Assembly (NCBI GenBank): GCA_963745075.1 | Contig: CAVUWV010000008.1 | Span: 160,001 to 224,000, forward strand | DNA length: 64,000 nt | Reading direction: 5' to 3' | DNA from: Candidatus Hydrogenedentota bacterium | GTDB taxonomy: Bacteria; Hydrogenedentota; Hydrogenedentia; Hydrogenedentales; SLHB01 | The notes under the pieces: model-generated | What the model was told of the DNA's origin: nothing | Database searches by the model: none | The model's input: the letters and a program-made list of their open reading frames with translations, nothing else | Translations under genes and position numbers: made by a program | Shown: positions 59,217 through 64,000 of the stretch, piece after piece | How positions within the stretch are numbered: position 1 is the stretch's first letter | Layout of the letters: each line of letters opens with the position of its first letter

Positions 59217-60392
59217 TTAGAACGCCCGATCTGTATCTTCCGCTGCCCTTCCCGTCCGCAGCCGATCCACTAGCTTGGGCAATATCTGGAGCACGCGGTC
59301 GGTCTCCGCGTCGGTAGTACCGATGCCGAGACTGAATCGCACGGCGCTTTGTGCCGTTTCGTGCGACTGCCCCATGGCCAGGAGCACATGGGACGGATCG
59401 AGCGATCCGGAGGTGCACGCCGCACCGCTGGACACGGCGATGCCTTCCATGTCGAGTCCGAGCACCATCGATTCGCCTTCGACGCCATCGAATCGAATAT
59501 TCAGCAGGCCCGGCAGCCGTTGGTCCAACGGGCCGTTGACAGCGGTGCCGGGAACGCGTTCGAGAATGCCGGATTGCAGCCTGTCCCGAAGTCGCGTCAG
59601 CTGCGCAGCCGTCGTTTCCATCTCGTTGCGCGCGAGGTCGCAGGCTTTCCCAAGCGCCACGATGCCGGCCACGTTCTCCGTCCCGGCCCGGCGTTCGCGT
59701 TCCTGGAACCCGCCGACGGATTGTGGCGCTACGTCGATCCCTCTGCGGATGAAACACGCGCCGACGCCTTTTGGGGCATACAGTTTATGTCCCGAAATCG
59801 CCAGCATCGCTATCGGGGGCTTGCGCACGTCGATAGGGAGTTTTCCCACGGATTGTACGGCGTCCGTGTGAAAGGGCACACCCCGTTCGGCGCACAACGC
59901 CGCAATGGATTCGATCGGTTGAATCGCCCCCGTCTCGTTGTTGGCGTGCATGACGGAAACCAGCACGGTGTCGTCGTCGATCCGCGCGGCGATCTCGTCA
60001 ACGTCGACGAGCCCTTCCGCGTCGACATTGACAACGTCCACGACAACGCCATGGCGCCTTCGCGCGTACTCGGCGGCGTGCAGGACCGCGTGATGCTCGA
60101 CGGCGGTCGTGATGACGCGGCGCCGCGTTCGTTCGCTCGCCAGCGGAATGCCGCGCAACGCGAGGTTGTCGGACTCCGTGCCGCCTGACGTAAAGACGAT
60201 CTCGCGCGGGTCCGCGTGAATAAGCGCGGCAACCTGTTCGCGCGCGTCGTCCACCGCCCGCCGGCATTCGCGTCCGAACCGGTGGATCGAACCTGCATTA
60301 CCAAACCGGTCGCGAAGATACGGAACCATCGCCGCAAACACGTCGTCGCGAATCGGTGTGGTCGCGCTATGGTCGAGGTAGATAGATTCCAT
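59217..60392 (-). CDS. iscS: Cysteine desulfurase (IscS/NifS type)
   Basis: YLDHSATTP, FTSGGTESDN, HTDAVQ, SGHK, RAGTEN, SSGAACTS. Confidence 0.95.
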   Translation of the reverse strand: MESIYLDHSATTPIRDDVFAAMVPYLRDRFGNAGSIHRFGRECRRAVDDAREQVAALIHADPREIVFTSGGTESDNLALRGIPLASERTRRRVITTAVEHHAVLHAAEYARRRHGVVVDVVNVDAEGLVDVDEIAARIDDDTVLVSVMHANNETGAIQPIESIAALCAERGVPFHTDAVQSVGKLPIDVRKPPIAMLAISGHKLYAPKGVGACFIRRGIDVAPQSVGGFQERERRAGTENVAGIVALGKACDLARNEMETTAAQLTRLRDRLQSGILERVPGTAVNGPLDQRLPGLLNIRFDGVEGESMVLGLDMEGIAVSSGAACTSGSLDPSHVLLAMGQSHETAQSAVRFSLGIGTTDAETDRVLQILPKLVDRLRTGRAAEDTDRAF

Positions 60393-60417
60393 GTCCGTCC
60401 AATCTTGTGAACCGCCT

Positions 60418-60659
60418 GGAAGAACATCCCCCTTGATCCCCCTTCAAAGGGGGAATTGGACACGCGTTGCGTGCCGAGTACCGGGGAGCCCCTCTGCGGT
60501 ACGCTTGGCGCCAATTGGCCTCGCACAACTGCAGGGATTTCGCGCCAACGAGCTGAATCAGCGTGCGGCTCGAAGCGAAACGCGTCGGGTAGAACCGCGC
60601 GAGACGAAGTCGAGCGCGTAGTTCCCCCTTTGAAGGGGGATCAAGGGGGATGTTCTTCC
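60418..60659. repeat. REPIN/MITE-like element A2: 38-bp perfect inverted repeats with 166-bp spacer
   Basis: GGAAGAACATCCCCCTTGATCCCCCTTCAAAGGGGGAA at 60418-60455 and its reverse complement at 60622-60659; same arm as A1. Confidence 0.9.
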
Positions 60660-62096
60660 TATTTCGTTGATTGTTGCACATGCAGAATCCAATCGCCGGC
60701 GTCGGGTTTCGTTACGGTAAGTAACGCCTCGTTTTGGATAGCCGGCATCTTCTCCAGCCACGCGCCGCTTCGCGGATTGAACAAGCGAATCGACTGCACT
60801 TCACCCCGGCCAAGTAAGGTGAGCGGGATCGAATCGCCACCTTTGGCCATGGAGTATACGATGTATTCCCGTCCGGGATCGGCGAGACAGAATGCGCCGT
60901 CGCCGGTCAATTCGTTGTGTGGCATCATCCCACTAAGGTTTTGCACTGCCTCGTTGAAGAAACGGGACGCATACCCCAGCCATTCCCGACGCGGCTGGCC
61001 GGTATCGTGGCCGGGCACCTTCGGGTCGTAGCCCATGATCCCGGTGTGGATGGTTTCCTGCCCGGCGTCATCGTGATACACGTAATTCCCACCGCCCACG
61101 AGCGTGGTCCAGATGGCGGCTCGCGCGCCATCGCCCAGGTACGGTCCGCCTTCGAGAATGATGAAAGGCCGCCGTGGCTCGCGCAGCACCATTTCAACGG
61201 TGCCCTGGTTCTTACCGGATTCCTCGCGGTAGGGGATGTCGGCGAACACCATGTCGACCGAGTCGCGACGCTGGTCCCAATCCACCCACAGCGCGCCGCG
61301 TTCTTGGAAAAAGTCGCGGAAGTGATCGCCGCCGTTGCCTTCGTCGTAGGAATGTTCGTCCATGAACACGAAGAATACGTTGCCGTACGGCGCCGTCTCA
61401 TCGACGAGCTTCTTGGCGAAGCGCTCCCAGTGCCACTGGGTCTTCTTCGCGACGTCCCAATCGTCCGAGTAGGGTTCTTGCCAGACCTCCTGGCCGGGCG
61501 TGGCGATATGCTGCACTTGGGACGCATGGATGCGGACCTCTTCCGTCACGGGGCCGCCGTTGCGGCTGTTGAACGGGTGGTACTCCCAATCCGTGGGATG
61601 TTTGGGCCATCCCCAGAATACGGTGATCCCGAGCACGAGGTTCCGCTCCTTCGCATGCGCGCACAAGTCCCGCAGCCGCGGCCAGTAATGGGCGGGATCG
61701 TCGCCTTCGTCCCAGGTAAAGAGGTCCCACTGATAGCCGCCGTCCGCGGCGCGCGGTCCGTCCGTCTTCCGGGCCCACGGAGTGATCCCCGGGATAGACG
61801 TAGCCGTACCGATTCTCCACGTCGCTGCCGTCAAGATGTTGGCGTGGGGCGACAAAGGACCAGATATGCACGCAGTTGAGCCCCGCCTTGGCGCAGTCGT
61901 CGATCCACCGGCGGTAGTCCAGATTGGTGTTTTGCATGACGCACTGGGTTCCACTGTCTCCGACGAGCACAACGGGACGGTCGCGGAAGGTCAGATACCG
62001 CCCCTCCGGAGTTCGGGACAAGTCGGCCGACGGTTGAGCCCCCGAGAACGCGGCCAGCCAGACCGCCAATACGCCAAACACCGTCACAGGCTTCAT
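60659..62096 (-). CDS. Secreted DUF4038-like glycoside-hydrolase-fold protein with C-terminal 'collagen-binding'-type domain, with apparent +1 frameshift at 61787-61790
   Basis: Signal peptide; Trp-rich TIM-barrel-like core; C-terminal CLADPGREYIVY...FNPRSG...DWILHV. Removing one base gives YVYPGITPWAR. Confidence 0.7.
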
Positions 62097-62247
62097 GGGT
62101 ACAACCTTCCATCCCCCGGCACTACAGCGGGTTGTTGCGAGTTCAACTATCAACAGTGGAGAATATCCGCGTCAGTATACGTGTCAACGGCGCCGCACTG
62201 GAACCCCGGTATCCGGGTCGGTGTTTAATGTAGTGGAGGTGTGTGTC

Positions 62248-63135
62248 ATGACAGGTGCCAAAATCGCTATTGCCGCCATTATTGCGCTCGGCGTGGGCCT
62301 CGCCGGAGGCATGTACACCGTACAGGCCCGCTTGAGTCCACAACTGGACCAGCTCGCTCAGGAGCGGGAAGTCGCCCTTGCAAAGGCCGCTGAATTGCGT
62401 AAGTCCGCGTCCGATACGCTCGCGTTGAAACAAGAAAATGCCCGGCTGCGGGACGAACTCGAGCAACTGCGGGAACAGCCGAAACCTTCCGCCGACACGG
62501 CGCAGGCGCCCGATGAAGCGACCGAAGCGCCATCGTTCAACCTCGAAGAGGCAACCGACGCCCTTTCGGCTGCCCTCCAATCCGGCAACCGGGACCGGGG
62601 CCGCGGCTGGGGCGACCGGGAACCGCCAAAAGAGGGCACGCCCGAATACGAGGCGTGGCAGAAACGGCGCGAAGAATGGCAGAAGGAACGGGAGCAGCGG
62701 TCTGCGGAGTTTCGCGGCCGTATGCAGGGCTTCTTTGACGAAGCCATGCAGAAAACAAACGACCCGGCAGCGCAAAATCGAATCGCCGCCATCAACGAAT
62801 ACACCAATTATACGATGGACCTCATGCGCGCCATGCACGACGCGGGCACGGACGAAGAGCGGGATCAAATCCGCCAGGATCTCGCCATCACGTTTGACGA
62901 AACTCGGTCCCTGGTCCGCGATCAACAGAATTACCTCATCAGCGAGACCCTCAAAGAGAACGGCGTCACCAACCCGCAGCAACAGCAGGCGCTGGTCGGC
63001 GCGGTCCGTGAGACGATGGAGGATCCGTTCTTCCGCATGCCCGGCGGCGGCGGCGGTCCGCCTGTGTGGGGCTGGGGCGGCGACCGCGGCCGTGGCGGGT
63101 CACGCGGTGGCGACCGCGGCGGTAACGGCGGATAG
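62248..63135 (+). CDS. Membrane-anchored coiled-coil hypothetical protein with RGG-rich tail
   Basis: GGAGGTG RBS; N-terminal TM helix; heptads; C-terminal GGDRG repeats. Confidence 0.75.
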   Translation: MTGAKIAIAAIIALGVGLAGGMYTVQARLSPQLDQLAQEREVALAKAAELRKSASDTLALKQENARLRDELEQLREQPKPSADTAQAPDEATEAPSFNLEEATDALSAALQSGNRDRGRGWGDREPPKEGTPEYEAWQKRREEWQKEREQRSAEFRGRMQGFFDEAMQKTNDPAAQNRIAAINEYTNYTMDLMRAMHDAGTDEERDQIRQDLAITFDETRSLVRDQQNYLISETLKENGVTNPQQQQALVGAVRETMEDPFFRMPGGGGGPPVWGWGGDRGRGGSRGGDRGGNGG

Positions 63136-63164
63136 GCTTCCGAATTCTTTGTCGGAGGCGTCGG

Positions 63165-63998
63165 CTATTTCGACTGCATACGAAGTGTCACGGACACGGG
63201 AGTCTCGTCTTCCGGAACGGTGCAGAAGGCGCTGCCATATAACTCTACCCGGCCCGACGAGTTCGACAGCCACGCAAAGACCGTATATTCGCCCGGCGGC
63301 ACCGCGGAAAATGCAAACGCCCCGGGGCCCCGCACCATGGTACCTGCAATGGAATCTTGCGACACGGCAAGGACGGTTTCGAGGGTCACTTCGCCGAGAT
63401 CAACGATACCCTTGAGGAGCGCGATGGGGAGTTGCCGGTCCGCGGGTACGCCGCTTACCGTCCCGCGAACTGTCCCGCGCGCATCAAAGTTGATGTCGCG
63501 ATAAACCGCTTCGCCGGGAGTGATTTCAAACTCCAGAGTCTGGCTCACGCTGGAGAACGGCGCTTGGGTGACGACTGAAGTCCGCAACGTAGCGTGGCCC
63601 GCAGCGAGGGGGGCGATTACGTAGGACCCGTCCTCCGCGACTTGCGCCATGTGTGTCTGTTTCCCCTCGGGCGATTCCAGCGTGAGGAGGACAAAGCCCT
63701 GCGAAATGGGTTCGCCATGGACGAGTACGCGCCCCTCAACCGAGGATTCCTCGGGCGGAAGATCGAGCAACACCTCGGTTTCCACACCGGATTCGACGGC
63801 AATTCGTTGGGTCAGATTTCGTCCCATGGGACTAACGACGTTTGGCTTGCCAATGGTTACGGAGACGTTGTACTCCCCTTCGGGCACGTCGTTGAAACGG
63901 AATACCCCATCCTCCTTGATGCGACGGTTCGGCGAGCCAAACGCGGCAGCTTCCGCCGAGAGCATTTTGACCGGCATGAGGCTGACCTGCGCATCCGA
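63165..63998 (-). CDS. C-terminal part of a carboxypeptidase-regulatory-like (beta-sandwich repeat) protein; open at the window edge
   Basis: Repeated DG.F.F..VP.GEY.V and V.G.V motifs. Confidence 0.8.
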   Translation of the reverse strand, partial: SDAQVSLMPVKMLSAEAAAFGSPNRRIKEDGVFRFNDVPEGEYNVSVTIGKPNVVSPMGRNLTQRIAVESGVETEVLLDLPPEESSVEGRVLVHGEPISQGFVLLTLESPEGKQTHMAQVAEDGSYVIAPLAAGHATLRTSVVTQAPFSSVSQTLEFEITPGEAVYRDINFDARGTVRGTVSGVPADRQLPIALLKGIVDLGEVTLETVLAVSQDSIAGTMVRGPGAFAFSAVPPGEYTVFAWLSNSSGRVELYGSAFCTVPEDETPVSVTLRMQSK

Positions 63999-64000
63999 AG

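Noticed and set aside
20582..60659. Identical repeats with unique spacers as a possible CRISPR array
   Set aside because: The repeats occur as inverted pairs 40 kb apart with 100-166 bp spacers, and there are no cas genes.

Overview
GC-rich bacterial chromosomal segment with no rRNA, tRNA or CRISPR array that I can see. The paired prepilin/H-X9-DG genes with an [15 protein letters not shown] block suggest Candidatus Hydrogenedentes or a PVC-like lineage (inference). Housekeeping genes: uvrC, ffh-rpsP-khpA-rimM-trmD-rplS-rnhB, glgC, pfkA, iscS. Accessory genes: a MoxR-DUF58-transglutaminase operon, a hybrid kinase, an HDOD protein, a tandem pair of dynamin-like GTPases, a convergent type II-like R-M pair, a hicB-hicA module whose toxin has an internal amber codon, and a sulfatase/lyase/lipoprotein/twin-pilin locus. 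The strongest unexplained signals are non-coding. (1) A sigma54 promoter at 28691 precedes about 500 nt of highly structured, ORF-free DNA, a candidate stand-alone large ncRNA. (2) The two pilin-like genes have sequence-diverged but position-conserved ~300-nt leaders (promoter, TTCGAGGG octamer, orphan extended Shine-Dalgarno). (3) Several families of inverted-pair REP/REPIN-like and short-period intergenic repeats occur. Eight apparent +1 frameshifts in six genes look like assembly insertion errors. All calls were made by eye, without database searches.
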